DNA of 58,803 nucleotides from Eledone cirrhosa (Eukaryota): NCBI GenBank assembly GCA_964016885.1, contig CAXHJY010001467.1, positions 1 to 58,803 of the forward strand, read 5' to 3'. Shown piece by piece: positions 1 to 12,718 of this stretch (position 1 is its first letter; each line of letters starts with the position of its first letter). The notes under the pieces were generated by a model. It saw only the letters and a program-made list of their open reading frames with translations, ran no database searches and was not told where the DNA came from. The position numbers and the translations under genes were made by a program.

Positions 1-36
1 CTTTATATTATAAAAGAAGAGCTGTTTCTCCATATA

Positions 37-76
<40 letters not shown>

Positions 77-86
77 ATATATATAT

Positions 87-418
87 GGAGGCGCATGGCT
101 CAGTGGTTAGAGCATTGGCCTTGCAATCAAAAGGTTCAATTCTCAAAGCAGGTGATGTGTTGTTTCCTTGAGCAAGACACTTTATTTCACATTGCTCCAG
201 TTTACTCAGCTGTAGAAATGAGATGATAGGGACTGGAGTCCCTATCATTCCACTGTAAAGTGGTCGTGGAGGTACCACGGCAAAAAAGCACCCAGCACTC
301 ACTGTAAATGAGGTTGGTGTTAGGAAGGGCATCCAGCTGTAGAAATCAAGCCAGAATCAGTTCCCATCCCACCCTTGCAAGCAGGGAAAAGCGGACGTAA
401 AATGAAATGATGATGATG
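87..418 (+). mobile_element. tRNA-derived SINE (family A) with RTE-LINE-derived 3' tail
   Basis: Pol III A box TGGCTCAGTGG and B box GTTCAATTC, core CCTTGAGCAAGACACTTT, 3' end CCCACCCTTGCAAGCAGGGAAAAGCGGACGTAAAATGA(TGA)n matching the tail of the RTE at 1561-1620; four more near-identical copies in the window. Confidence 0.9.
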
Positions 419-419
419 T

Positions 420-1256
420 GTGTGTGTGTGTGAATGAGTATATAATATGAGCGTATATATGTGTGTGTGAATGAGTATATAATATGAGCGTATATATGTG
501 TGTGTGAATGAGTATATAATATGAGCGTATATATGTGTGTGTGAATGAGTATATAATATGTGCGTATATATATATATATAGGTGAATGAGTATATAACAT
601 GCGTATTATTATTATTATTATATAAGGGCGGTGAATTGGTAGTATTGGTAGAGGGTAGGACGCCATGCTGTGACGCATAGAGTTACAGCCCTTGCCATTC
701 TGAGTTCAAATCCCGTTGAGGTTAACTTTGCCTTTCATCCTTACTGAGTCGATAAAATAAAGTACCAGTAATACACTGGGATAATTGCTGGCCTTGTGCC
801 AAAAGTAGAAAATTATTATATATACGTGTGAATGAGTATATATGGGCATATATATATGTGTGAATGAGTATATAATATGCACGTGTATATATATGTATAT
901 ATATATGTGAATGAGTATATAATATGCATGTGTATATATATATATATATGTGAATGAGTATATAATATGCACGTGTATATATATATATATATATGTGTGA
1001 ATGAGTATATAATATGCACGTATATATATATATATATGTGAATGAGTACGATATGCACGTATATATATATATATATGTGTGTGAATGAGTATATGATATG
1101 CATGTGTATATATATATATGTGTGTGAATGAGTATATGATATGCACATGTATATATATATATATATGTGTGAATGAGTATATGATATGCACGTATATGTA
1201 TATATATATGTGTGTGTGTGAATCAGTATATAATATGTGCGTAGTGCGTATATATA
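420..1256. repeat. ~38-45 bp minisatellite (GTGAATGAGTATATAATATG...(TA)n/(TG)n), interrupted by a SINE
   Basis: Unit recurs in tandem at about 420-605 and 825-1250; it explains the HIY-rich spurious ORFs. Confidence 0.9.
625..815 (+). mobile_element. SINE family B (Deu/Nin-domain-like)
   Basis: B box GAGTTCAAATCC followed by GCCTTTCATCCTT..GTCGATAAAATAAAGTACCAG; tail GGCCTTGTGCCAAAAGTAGAAA; more than 10 copies in the window. Confidence 0.8.
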
Positions 1257-1262
1257 AATCAC

Positions 1263-1545
1263 TGTTTAACGTCCATTGTTCCACGCTAGCATGGGTTCGA
1301 CGAGTTGTCCTGTTGTGAGCAATGCCAGGTCAGGTGACCATGTTTTACTCATACAGAAATGATTTTGGCTTGGGTTCTACTGCTGGATGCCCTTCCTGAC
1401 GCCAACCACATTTACAGTGAGTCCTGGGCACTTTTTGCCATGTCGCCATCAGGGCCACTATAGTGTGGGCTGGAGGCTTCACTGGTTGTATACTTCAGCC
1501 TGTCCCCATGGGGGATGTAAGGGAGTGGGTGGTGTGGAATGGTGT
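1263..1545 (-). mobile_element. Headless SINE-body/RTE 3'UTR fragment (family C)
   Basis: Minus strand ends in AACCCATGCTAGCGTGGAACAATGGACGTTAAAC and contains GGTTGGCGTCAGGAAGGGCATCCAGC. Confidence 0.75.
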
Positions 1546-1560
1546 ATGGTATATATATAT

Positions 1561-2593
1561 ATCATCATCATCATCATCATTTTACGTCCGCTTTTCCCTG
1601 CTTGCAAGGGTGGGACGGGTCTTATTCAGCACAGCATCTCTCCACTCGTCACGGTCCCTCGTCATCTCCACCGTGAGCTTCAATGATCTGAGGTCTGTTC
1701 TCACCACCTCCGCCCATGTTTTTCGTGGTCTACCTCTACCACGTCTTCCTTCAACTGGCATTTCCTGGCACTTCTTCACCCATCGGTCATCCTCCATGCG
1801 CATCACATGTCCATACCACCTCAGTCTCCTCTCCCGTACACTACATTCTATCCCTCTCAGACACAGTTTCTCTCTCAACACATTTATGCTGGGTCGTTCA
1901 CGCACATTTACACTGCACATCCAACGGAGCATGCTTGCCTCATTTCTCTCCAGCCGTCGCATATCTTCTGCGGTAGCTGCCCATGTCTCACTACCATGCA
2001 GCATCGCGCTCCTCACACAGGCATCATACAACCGGCCTTTCGTACGCAGGGAGAAACCCTTCTTCGTCAACAGAGGAAGCAGCTCCCTAAACTTCTTCCA
2101 ACCCGTCCTTATTCTAGATACTATGGCCTCGGAACACCCTCCTCCCATGCTAATCTGATCTCCTAGGTACCGGAAGCTATCCACCACTTCTATAGCGCCC
2201 TCTCGCATTTGAAAAATGTGTCTATCAGTGCGACTTCTACCGTCTAATTTCCCTGTACATCTACTGCATACATATTTCTCCCTACCTGTTAGTTTGCCTG
2301 CTATCCCGCTACATCTCTTGTGTACCCAGGACCTACATTGTGTGCATTTTATAGAATTTATGCCAGTTCCTTTTCTGCATATCGAACATGGCCATTTCCC
2401 TGACGGAATCAGGGTTTTGTCCTCTTTTCTACTCATCAACACTTTTGTCTTAGCTAGATTTACTCTCAGTCCTCTTGCTTCCAACTGCTGTTTCCATAGC
2501 CGGAATTTATTCTCTAGCTCCTCTACTGATTCTGCCATAAGAGCCAGATCGTCAGCATAGAGAAGTTCCCATGGACAGCCAGTCTTAAACTCC
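1561..2593 (-). mobile_element. 5'-truncated RTE-clade LINE (RT C-terminal half, 318-aa open frame), relatively young
   Basis: LLYADDL just upstream of the ORF; GLRVNLAKTKV, WPCSICRKG..CTQC..WVHKRCSG zinc finger, VDSFRYLG, MLHGSETW, RRLRWYGHVMRM, GRPRKTW; (GAT)n tail; many CpGs retained. Confidence 0.95.
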
Positions 2594-2648
2594 TATATAT
2601 ATATATATATATAATATAAGATCAAAAGATGGTTAAAGGAGTTCCATG

Positions 2649-2716
2649 TATTTTATTATGCGCATTTCAAAAACAAACATCATGCAATAATATTTGTGTT
2701 TTCATCAGATAAAACA
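2649..2716 (-). ncRNA. Type I hammerhead ribozyme in PLE terminal repeat
   Basis: Minus strand TGTTTTAT-CTGATGA-[long stem II]-GAAA-TGCGCA-TA-ATAAAATA; stem I pairs; palindromic stem III ATGCGCAT. Confidence 0.8.
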
Positions 2717-3740
2717 GGAGAACATGATATGAAGGCTAAAAAACACTTGTGGATAGTACAGTTTTAAATCAACATATGAAAAGTGGTTTTAGATTGATGT
2801 GTGATATTGGGAAAAATATTTTATTTAGAGAGGGGGGGGGGGGGGTGGAAAGGATGAAAAAGGGGAGGAGATGAGAGGGAGAGATGGGTGATAGAGAGAA
2901 AGAGATAGTTTTTATAACTGAGAGGAGATATATTGTTTTACATAGAGGTTGAAAACCGTTGGAAGATAATGTATAAATTAAAAGAATTTGAAAATTAACG
3001 AAGGGAGGATATGTGCGAGGAAAAAATATTTTATTTAGGGAGGGGGGGGTGGAAAGGATGAAAAAAGGGGGAGGAGATGAGAGTGAAGGTGGAGAGGGAG
3101 AGATGGGTGATAGAGAGAAAGAGAGTTTTTATAACTGAGAAAAAGATATATTGTTTTACATAGAGAGGTTGAGAACCGTTGGAAGATAATGTATAAATTA
3201 AAGGAATTTGAAAATTAACGAAGGGAATTTATGTATGAAGATAGAGAGTAAAAATAATAATTGTGGATGAATATTCTAACGTCAAAAAAAGTGTATGTTG
3301 ATAAGTATTGTGGCAATTTCAAAATTAACGAAGAGAAAAATTATTAAGGTTTGTGTGTAGAAGGATTTGAGAAAAATAATGTGAAGTTAAAGTTTGTATA
3401 TTGAAGGAATTGATAATATATGCGAATAAAGAGTTAATATGTATTAAGAATGAGTTCGTTGATGGGGAGAAAAAAATAAATTAAGGATGAAATTGAGATT
3501 AAAAAGTTTTATGATAGAGAGAAAAAATAATAATGATTGCGGATGAATATTCTAACGTCAAAAAAACAAATGTATATGTTATGAAGGATTTTACAAGGTG
3601 AAGATAGCAAGAGGGTAATGAGTAAACAAGTATTATAGAGTGTATAATGTCCTTTAAAGTAAGGTAGATGGGTATATTTTAAAGAGGTGTATGTATATGT
3701 GCCTTTGAGAAAAGATTCTAAATTGATAAAGAATTGAATA

Positions 3741-4175
3741 TTAACTGTATACTTTGTGAAAAGTTCTATGGAATTTATGCAGGCAGATAGAAAACAAATC
3801 TGTACGTCTATTTATTATAGAATCTAGGTTAGAGATAATGGTAAATTTTTCATTTAGGCAGAGATTACAGATTTTAGACAGAGAGCTGTTCAAGTATGAG
3901 GATGCAGAAGAAACCTTCTTCCAAAAGATGGTATATTTAATGTTTTTGTCTTTCAAGGACCATATGAGTTCTGAGAGATCCGTGTTGGTTCTTTTAAGTT
4001 TGTATTTGAAAGATGAATGGTGATTATAGAGACAAGCTTTAAAAGAGGTGGAAGTGGAGCCAAAATAGGTGAAGGAATTGGTGCTAGTTATAACTTTACA
4101 TTCATAAATTAAGTTTTTATCGAGACAATGGTTGTTGAGAGGACATTTATTTTTAATGCGGCAGTTGCAATTAGA
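3741..4175 (-). pseudogene. PLE GIY-YIG endonuclease domain, likely inactive
   Basis: CNCRIKNKCPLNNHCLDKNLIYECKV..YFGSTSTSFKACLYNHHSSF..LSELIWSLKD..CNLCLNEKFTII..INRRTDLFSICLH; the expected catalytic Arg of FKxR reads Cys (TGT, compatible with CpG decay). Confidence 0.85.
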
Positions 4176-4725
4176 GAGATTATTAATGAGTGACCTAGTG
4201 TTATCTATAGAAGGAATTGGATAAGTTGTTTGCGATAGGAATAATAGGAATAATAGTTTCTTGATTTAGAGTTGGATTATGAACATTTAGCGAAGTTGTG
4301 TTTGACGTTGTATTTGGGTTTACAGAAGTTAGCCTAGGGTTTACAATGACGTCGGGAGTACTATTACTGTTATTATGAAATTCAATGTTGGAAGGAAGAG
4401 ATTTAGTATTTAGTATTTTATTGTTGTGTTTAGAGATGATGTTGGAAATATTGGAGGATGTAGAATAAGAAAATTTGATGGTGTGTTTGTTAAATATTTT
4501 ACTATAGATATGTGAGGGAGGGAAGCATTTATTTAAGGCACTAAAAAATAATTTAGGAATATTGTTATTAATAGAGATGGAGAATGGAGCATTATACCAG
4601 ATTATGTTTTTGTATCTAGGTCTTTTGATCTTATATTATATATACTCCAGTCCTACAAACTGTAGAGTGCTTCTTATCCGATATCTGCATTGCTTTATTG
4701 TACTACAATAAAACTCACCTCCTAC

Positions 4726-4762
<37 letters not shown>

Positions 4763-4842
4763 TTCATCTTTGGCCTGTGCCCATAGGAAGTCAGAATGCC
4801 GGAGATGTAAGTCCTGTGCCATCGCCTTTGACGTGTGCAATT

Positions 4843-4901
<59 letters not shown>

Positions 4902-4905
<4 letters not shown>

Positions 4906-7705
4906 TCGTTTTACGTCCATTCTTCCACGCTAGCATGGGTTAGACGGGTTGTCCTGTTGTGGGCAGTGTCCGGTCGGCTGACTTTGTCTTGCTCATACGG
5001 GAACCGATTCTGGCTCGATTTCTACAGCTGGATGCCCTTCCTAACACCAACCTCATTTACAGTGAGTGCTGGGTGCTTTTTTTGCCGAGGCATTTCCACG
5101 ACCACTTTACAGTGGGAGCATATTGTCTGTATGCTTCAGCTTCGGCTTGTACCCGTGGGGGTCAGGTCTTCTGTATTACTGCGTAATGCCAGAGGTCTTG
5201 GTTCTGTGTCATTGACTTTGAGAGGTGTAATTGGGTAAGGTCTTCTTGGGTCTCCCGCGGTTTCCATTGACTTCTAGTGCTCTGCACCTTTTTATGCAGC
5301 TGTCATCCTTCATACGCATCACATGTCCATACCAATGCAACCACCTCTCCTGCATACTGCATTTGATTCCTCTTATGCTCAGTCTCTCTCTCAATTCATT
5401 TATGCCTTGCCGTTCACGTATATTACTATTACACATCCATCGGAGCATGCAGGCTTCGTTTCTTTCTAATCTGCGCAAGTCTTCTACAGACAGCGCCCAT
5501 GTCTCACTACCATGTAACATTGCTGTTCGTATACAGGCATCATACAGTCTGCCTTTCATTTTGAGGGAAAAGCCTTTTGTAGCTAGCAGTGGCTCCCTGA
5601 ACTTCTTCCATCCCGTTCTTACCCTAGTTAATGTACTTGCTGAACACCCACCTAGGTAGCAGAAGCTGTCTACTGTTTCTACAGAGCTCTCCCAGAGTTT
5701 GGTGGTACTTGTTTCCTGTGGCTGTTTGCTGCTTGCTGTCCCAGCACAGCTGCTTCATGTGAAGCCTACATTCTTAGTTAAGCTTCCTGAGATCCCGCTA
5801 CATCTCTTGTGTACCCATTGTTTGCATTTGGGGCAGAGAATGGAGTTCCTACCTACACCTTTCCTACATACTGAGCAAGGTCATTTCCCTGAGGGGATCT
5901 GTTTTCTCGTCTACTTACAAGGACCTTTGTCAGGTTGACTTTGAGACCCTTTCTTTCTAGTCCTTGCTTCCAAGTTTGGAATTTCTACTCTAGTTATACC
6001 ATAGATTCAGCTATAAGTGCAAGGTCATCTGCATATAGGAGTTCCCATGGGCATCCGGTCTTAAACTCCTCCGTTATTGCCTGCAGAACTATGATGAACA
6101 GGAGAGGGCTAAGAACAGAGCCCTGGTGGACACCAACCTGTACGCTAAATTCCTCGCTATACTCATTGCTAATCCTAACTTTGCTGACTGATCCCCTACA
6201 CATAGCTTGTACAGCTTTCACAAGCCATTTATCTACTCCTAGTTTTCTAAGAGCCCACCAGATTATAGCACGTGGAACTCTGTCAAAGGCTTTCTGGAGA
6301 TCGACGAATGCCAGGTAGAGTGGGTTACTTTCAGCTAGGTACTTTTCCTGTAACTGCCTCACAAGGAAGAGGGCATCAGTGGTGCCTCTTCCTGGCACAA
6401 ACCCAATTTGCATCTCATCTAGTTTCACCCGGTCCCTAATCAACTGTGCTATAACTTTGTTACTTTCATGACCTGGTCCATCAGCTTTATACCTCTATAG
6501 TTTCCTCTATCTAGTGCATCACCTTTACCTTTGTAGCAGTTGACAATGATGCTACTGCACCAATCCTTTGGTACGACACCTAGTATTACCTGGTTAACAA
6601 TACGTGTGGTTATGGTGTGACCTACAGACCCAGATGCCTTCAGCATCTTGGCAGCTATACCCGATGGACCAGTTGCCTTCCCCGTCTTCATATCTTTGAT
6701 TGCCTTACTTACTACGCTGCTGACTTGTACTGCTGGCCCCTCTATAGGGTCTACTTGGAGTAGGGTCTCTTCTTCCCATGCATTCTCCTCATTTAGTAAC
6801 CTATCATAATGGTTCTTCCACGCATCTTTCTTCTCAGCACTTGTGAGGGCAAGCTCACCTTTATCATTCCGGATATACTTCTCTCCAATGACATCACAAT
6901 TCTCTCCGACACACTGCCTCGCAATCTTGAACACCTCCCGTTTCTGGTCCTCATGTTACAAAACATGCTTGAATTTTCTATCCTCTGCTTCCCTCCTAGC
7001 TAAGTATACTTGTCGCCTAGCTTCCCTCCTGGTCTCTATGTAATGTACCCTGCTTCCCCCGTTCTTCCATTCTTCCCATGCCCGTCTCTTGGCCTTAACT
7101 GCCTCATCTATCTTATTGTTCCACCACCAAGTCACTCTCCTCCTGCCTGTGGTCTTACTAAAGGCGATGGATGAGATCTGTGGCTGGAGTAAGTTATTTT
7201 TTAGAAACTCCCAGTGCTCTTCTACATTGAATGACTATCTGTTCTTCTTTACTGTCATAGGCATTGAGTAAAATATCTTTAAATCTGTTACTGGCTGAGG
7301 GGTCTTTCAGCTTCCAGATCTTTCTTCTCCAGGTTGGCTTCTGTTTCCAGGTTCGTCTAGTTCTGACCGTGAGGTCGCTGACAACTAAGCTACATTGGGA
7401 GGTACATTCCTCACTAGGGAAGGCTTTTGTGTTCACGACTGTCCATCTGTCACATCTGATGAGGATAAAATCTATTTGACTAGAATGCTCCCCTGATCTG
7501 TGGTTGTCAGGTTTTTTTAAAGTTTGTGTTACATATCAACATGCCATTGGCGTCGCAGAATTCTAGAAGCCTGTATCCTTCATTTCTTGTGCCAACCCCA
7601 TGGCCTCCATAGAAGCCGTCACAGTGTTTACCTATGTGTCCGTTAAAATCTCCTGCAATGATTAGGAAGTCATTGTCATTTGTTAGAGCAGTAGTGTGTA
7701 TTAGG
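4902..7705 (-). mobile_element. Decayed RTE LINE (APE + RT fragments) with extended SINE-like 3'UTR
   Basis: IIAGDFNGHIG..LLEFCDAN..ICNT (APE); NYRGIKL, GFVPGRGTTDA, AFVDLQKAFDRVPR, GVHQGSVLSPLLF, LLYADDL (RT); several frameshifts. Confidence 0.95.
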
Positions 7706-8339
7706 GACGCGTGTATACAGACAGACAGACAGACAGACAGACAGAGAGAGAGAGAGTACAATTTTTTGGTTCTGTATGTTTCCTTTAACATATAGACAAA
7801 CAACACAGACAAAAAAAAAAAAAGGCCAATATATTTGTCCAGCACCACACACACACACACCTTCAAATAACAGTTGCAAGTAATTAGATAAACACAAAGA
7901 AATAAAACAGTAAACAAGTTGAGTTAATCCAGGCTTAAAAAAAAAAAGGAGGCATCCTAAGTAAAATAAATAAAGATTATAGAGACAGGTTTCAACTTGA
8001 ACTCTATATTTAAAGATATACCTCCTACATTATTTATATATTTATATAGGTGGCAAATTGACAGAGCTGTTAGATATTTATATAGGCAGTGAACTGACAG
8101 TTGTTAGAACATTAAAATAATTTGAGGTATTTGTTCGTCCAAACTGAGTTCAAATCTCAGAGAGGTCAACCTTGCTTTTAATTCTTCCGAGGTTTATGAG
8201 AAAACAAGTCAATTGTCTTCCTTTCTCTCTCTTCTCTTGAATAAATTAGCTATGTTCTGACCTGGAGAGGTGTTGAACTGTGCTAGGTTTAACTCTTTTG
8301 TTACCAACCTGGTCAAAACTGGTTCAGATTCTATGATAT

Positions 8340-8532
8340 AAAAATCACCCATTTTAAAGGTGTCTAATATATATTTCTTGGCTGAAGATGCTTCGTCCGC
8401 AAGGAGGCACCCTAATTTTGACAACCAAAAATTTGAAAAATAATAAATAACCTTCGACCTCCATAATGCATGGTAGATTTTTTAGACTTATTTTAGGAAA
8501 AAAGTAGTATCTTTGACACCGGGAAATACGGC
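8340..8532. mobile_element. Possible Tc1/mariner-pogo MITE half
   Basis: Ends in CCGGGAAATACGG, a pogo/Tigger-like terminal motif; no partner end found. Confidence 0.35.
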
Positions 8533-8749
8533 ATATTAAAATGTTCCAGCATAATTTTACATAAGAACCTTACTTTAACTTACTATCTCAGTAATGAAAT
8601 AATTTTAGTAAATCCCCCAAAATTTATTAATTAATTGAAATAAAGTGTATTTCATTAGAAATATGGTCATGAAAGAGTTAAAGTGCTCAAACACACCATA
8701 AGTCACAAGAATTCCTATGCTGCCCTCAGCAGTTATGGGTTCTATATAA

Positions 8750-10251
8750 TCATCATCGTTTAACGTCCATTTTCCACGCTAGCATGGGTTAGATGGGAGT
8801 TGTCCCAATGTGAGGCAAGGTTGGTCAGGTGACCATGTCTCGCTCATATAGGACTATCTGGCAGGTTTTCTATGGCTGGATGCCCTTCCTAACACCAACC
8901 ACATTTAGTGTGGAACTGGGAACTTTTTACTGTGTTACCTACATGGCCACATTACAGCGTGGACTGTGTTTTTTCTCGTGACACCTACACGATCTTGATC
9001 TCATTATCTCATTTATTTGGACTGGATATTGTGGTACCAACTTTACAGAGAGAAGGTGGTGTTTGTGGGAGTGGGAGGATGGAGTAGGGGTAGTGGATTG
9101 GGGTGTATATTTGGTTAAGAGGTGCCTACTGACTGTAGATTTCGCTTTGTACATAGGCAAGGCGGGTCTTCTGTATTACTGCGTGGCACCAGAGATCTCG
9201 GTCCAGTGACATTGTCTTAGAGCGGTGCAACTGTGTAAGGTCGGAATTTATCAGATTGTCCCAGGTTTTTCTGGGTCTGCCTACTCCGTAACTTCCATCA
9301 ATTTTGATCACCCTGCACTTTTTTTATACAACTGTTGTCTTTCATGCGCATCACGTGGCCATACCAATGTAGTCTTCTCTCAAGTAAACAGCATCTGATC
9401 CCTCTTATTCCTAATTTCTCGTTTATTTCATTTATGTTTTGAGTTCACGTATATTACTATTACACATCCAAAGGAGCATGCAAGCTTCGTTCCTCTCCAG
9501 TCTACGCAGGTCCTCTGCACACAATGCCCATGTCTCACTGCCATGTAGCATTGCTGTTTGTATGCAGGCATCATACAATCTGCCTTTCATTTTTAGGGAA
9601 ACCTTTTGTGGCCAACAGTGGTATAAGCTCTCTGAACTTTTTCCATCCCGTTCTGACTGGCTACTGTACTTTCAGAACACCCTCCACCACTGCTGATTTT
9701 GTCACCCAGGTATCGGAAAGTGTCCACTATTTCTATAGAACCATCTGGGCAATAGAAGGAGCTAGTATCCTGCAGACACTTGTTACTTATTGCACCTGAG
9801 CATTGGCCACATATAAAATCTACATTCTTAGATAGTTTACCCGTGATCCCACTACATCTTTTATGCACCCATAATTTGCATTTGGGACATAAAATGGAAT
9901 TTCTACCTACTCCTTGCCTACACACTGAGCATGGTCATTTCCCAGAGGGCACCTGTGCCCTATTTTCCTTTCTACAAACTAGAACTTTAGTCTTAGACAA
10001 GTTAACTTTAAGGTCTTTTGATTCTAGGCCATGCTTCCATGTTTGAAATTTCTTCTATAATTCAGCCATAGATTCAGCTATGAGAGTTAGATCATCTGCG
10101 TATAGTTCTCATTGGCAGCCGGTCTTAAACTCCCGTTACAGCCTGAAGGGCAATAATAAATGGGAGGGGGCTAAGGACAGAGCCTTGATAAACACCAACT
10201 TTTACACTAAATTCTTCGCTATATTCGTTGTTAATTCTAACCTTACTGACT

Positions 10252-10252
<1 letters not shown>
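8750..10252 (-). mobile_element. Decayed RTE LINE 3' half with SINE-like 3'UTR
   Basis: CRQGVGRNSILCPKCKLWVHKRCSG, VDTFRYLG, GRPRKTW; same 3' module and (GAT)n tail as 4902-5200. Confidence 0.9.
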
Positions 10253-10304
<52 letters not shown>

Positions 10305-10809
10305 ATAATTACATATAAAGTAAATGGACCTCCGTCAGCTTCAATGATGAGTAATTTAAATGTTTGGTCATCTGGGTTGTGTGTTCATTGAATTAGTGTG
10401 TAAGTGGCTGAATATTTCAGACATGTGTACCTTTAATATAATCTTCAGGTTGAATAAGCGACAGCATGCGACAACACTGGACATTTAACAACAGGTACAA
10501 CCCACCCAATGATTTCCACACAGTTTTTATACACAAGGTTTCAGTTAATCTTAGGCTATAGTAAAAGACATTTGCATAGGATGCCATATAGTGGGATTTG
10601 AACCAAGGACCTTGTGATTTCAGAGCAAACTTATTTAAACCACTCGGCAATGCTGCATCCATCAATATATGTAGAGTGGTAGAATGACACCTACGGGTGT
10701 GTGTGCGTGCATGCACCTGTTGCTGTGTACCTGTGTACAAAACATTCAACTAAATCATAGTAAGTGCTTGCATTAGACATATTTGAAGTTCACACATCAA
10801 AACCGTATC

Positions 10810-11160
10810 ATCTAACATCTATTTTCCATGCTAGCATGGGTTAGACAGGCACAGGAACCATGTCTTATTTAAACTTATCTGTATTTTTGGCTTGGTTTCT
10901 ACTGTTGGATAGGATAGATGCCTTTCCTTATGACAACTACGCTACAGTGTGTACTGGATGCCTTTTTATGTCACCAGCACAACCATCTTGTAGGGTGGAC
11001 TGGGTGATTTTTTTGTGTCACCAGCACAACCACCTTGTAAGGTGGACTAGGTAATTTTGTGTCACCAACACAACCCCCTTACAGGATGGACTGTGTACTT
11101 TTGTTGTGGCACCGAATCAACACACAGATTGGACTGTGCTTTTTGTCATGCCTATAGTAT
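10810..11160 (-). mobile_element. Family C fragment with internal ~45-bp repeats
   Basis: TTCCATGCTAGCATGGGTTAGAC tail; repeated GTCACCAGCACAACC..GTGGACTGG units. Confidence 0.6.
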
Positions 11161-11329
11161 TGTTGCTAAACCAGTTGAATTTTAAGAATCCTTTTTCCAA
11201 GCTGGCCTAACCCACTGACTCCAGCAGAACATTTTCCAATATCCCAGAATTCTGTGTCATATATGTAATATTAAAGGTTATATTTTCAGGGCTGACCTAT
11301 CTGTTCCTTCAGCTGTTTTTTGTTTTAAT

Positions 11330-11460
11330 CATTGTTTCTACTTTTGGCACAAGGCCAGCAATTACCCAGTGCATTACTGGTACTTTATTTTATCGACCCT
11401 GTAAGGATGAAAGGCAAAGCTAACCTCGGCGGGATTTGAACTCAGAATGATGGTAAGGGC
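11330..11460 (-). mobile_element. SINE family B, partial
   Basis: Reverse complement of the 625-815 body. Confidence 0.8.
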
Positions 11461-12521
11461 CATTTTAATAATGGTTTTACATTAGCTACCTTTTCTATCA
11501 ACACTTCACCATTGCTCTAAATTTATCTCAGATCTGTCCATCACTATCTGAACAACAACAGCAACTATCAACAGAAGATCAATCAACTCTCCATTCTACA
11601 CTGAGGGACATTTATCTAAATTCATCTCCCTCCTCCTCACCCACCCCCTACTGCCATCAGGTATATAAGTGGGCAATGATACTGACTGTTTGCTACAAAC
11701 ACACTCCAAACACCTTTGATCTTTTTTCTCACCTGTCCAAAACATTAATGATCAATTATCTTCTCAGGCAAGATGAGTCTCTTCCTTCTAATGCGCACAA
11801 CCAGTATCTCACATGTTCTCACACTCAACGGGGAGTCCCTGGGCACTTTATGGCACCAGCACCAGGGAGGTTTATCATCTGACACAACTGAAGAGTTCCT
11901 TCCTTGATTCTTAGTTCAGCAAGTTTTCTATGACTGCATGCCTTTACAGAGTCTACTGGGTGCATTTTATCATGGCATCAGCACCAGGGAGGTTTATTAT
12001 TCCTGGAGTCCCTTCCTTGATCCTTAATTTTGTAAGTTTTCTATGACGGGATGCCTTTAAAGAATCTACTGGGTGCTGGTTCTACCTATATGCTCTGTCT
12101 TGAGTCTGCAGACTCATCAGGTCAGTGCTTATTCCAGTTTCCATGGCATGAAGTGACCTAGAGTACAAGACTCACTCTCTGCCTGGACAGGATGTCAGTC
12201 TATCACAGGCTTAAACCCTCCCAGCTCTTGCTGGAACTCATTCTCAGCTAAGTAAAATAGAGCAATGTGAAAAAGTGTTTCGATCAAGAACACAACACAT
12301 AACCAGATCCAAGAATCGAACCCATGACATTTTGATCATAAGTCCAACACCCTTACCACTGGGCCATACACCTCCACTCAGTATACTGGGGCAATGGGAA
12401 ATGAAGTGTTTCGCTCAATTTGCTCAAGAACACAATCATAATGTCATGGGTTCGATACCTGGATTTGATACCACTAGGCTATGCAACTCCACAGTATGGT
12501 AACCCCCCCCCCCCCCCCACG

Positions 12522-12718
12522 TCAAAACGTTATGTCAACAAAACTAGCAAGAATTTTGTGCTCTTTGATACAACCAAAGATGCACTTGTTATTTTTGTTG
12601 ATACAGACAGGATAATAGTGCAGTTTCTTTCCAGCATATTTATCTTGAATAAACCTCAGTTTCCAATCAGTCTTTCCTTCCACCAGAAGACATGGCATAA
12701 GTAGAAGGGTGTTGGAAG
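12522..12718 (-). CDS. Candidate coding exon of a putative small secreted peptide
   Basis: Acceptor ..atacatccccAG at 12721-12719; in frame (phase 1) with the exon at 14885-14946; no homology recognised. Confidence 0.25.

Larger units (their letters stand above)
2612..4731 (-). mobile_element. 5'-truncated Penelope-like retroelement (Naiad-type) with inverted terminal segment, flanked by (TA)n
   Basis: Manual translation: NIIWYNAPFS..CFPPSHIYSKIFNKHTIKFSYS..IISKHNNKIL (about 4622-4400), then a GIY-YIG domain (about 4175-3741); hammerhead at 2649-2716; 4621-4731 is an inverted copy of the element end. Confidence 0.85.

Noticed and set aside
87-165. tRNA gene
   Set aside because: tRNA-like head continues into a SINE body and RTE tail, is multi-copy, and lacks an intact cloverleaf
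346-1318. His/Ile/Tyr-rich ORFs
   Set aside because: Translations of a minisatellite and (TA)n runs
1463-2560. Plus-strand ORFs of 231 aa and 114 aa
   Set aside because: Antisense shadow frames of the RTE ORF
8262-8330. Minus-strand exon candidate (SEPVLTRLVTKELNLAQFNTSP), also phase-1 compatible with the 14.9-kb exon
   Set aside because: Weak donor (GTCAGA) and contains a TTAACTCTTTTGTTACC MITE-like end; kept only as an alternative to test
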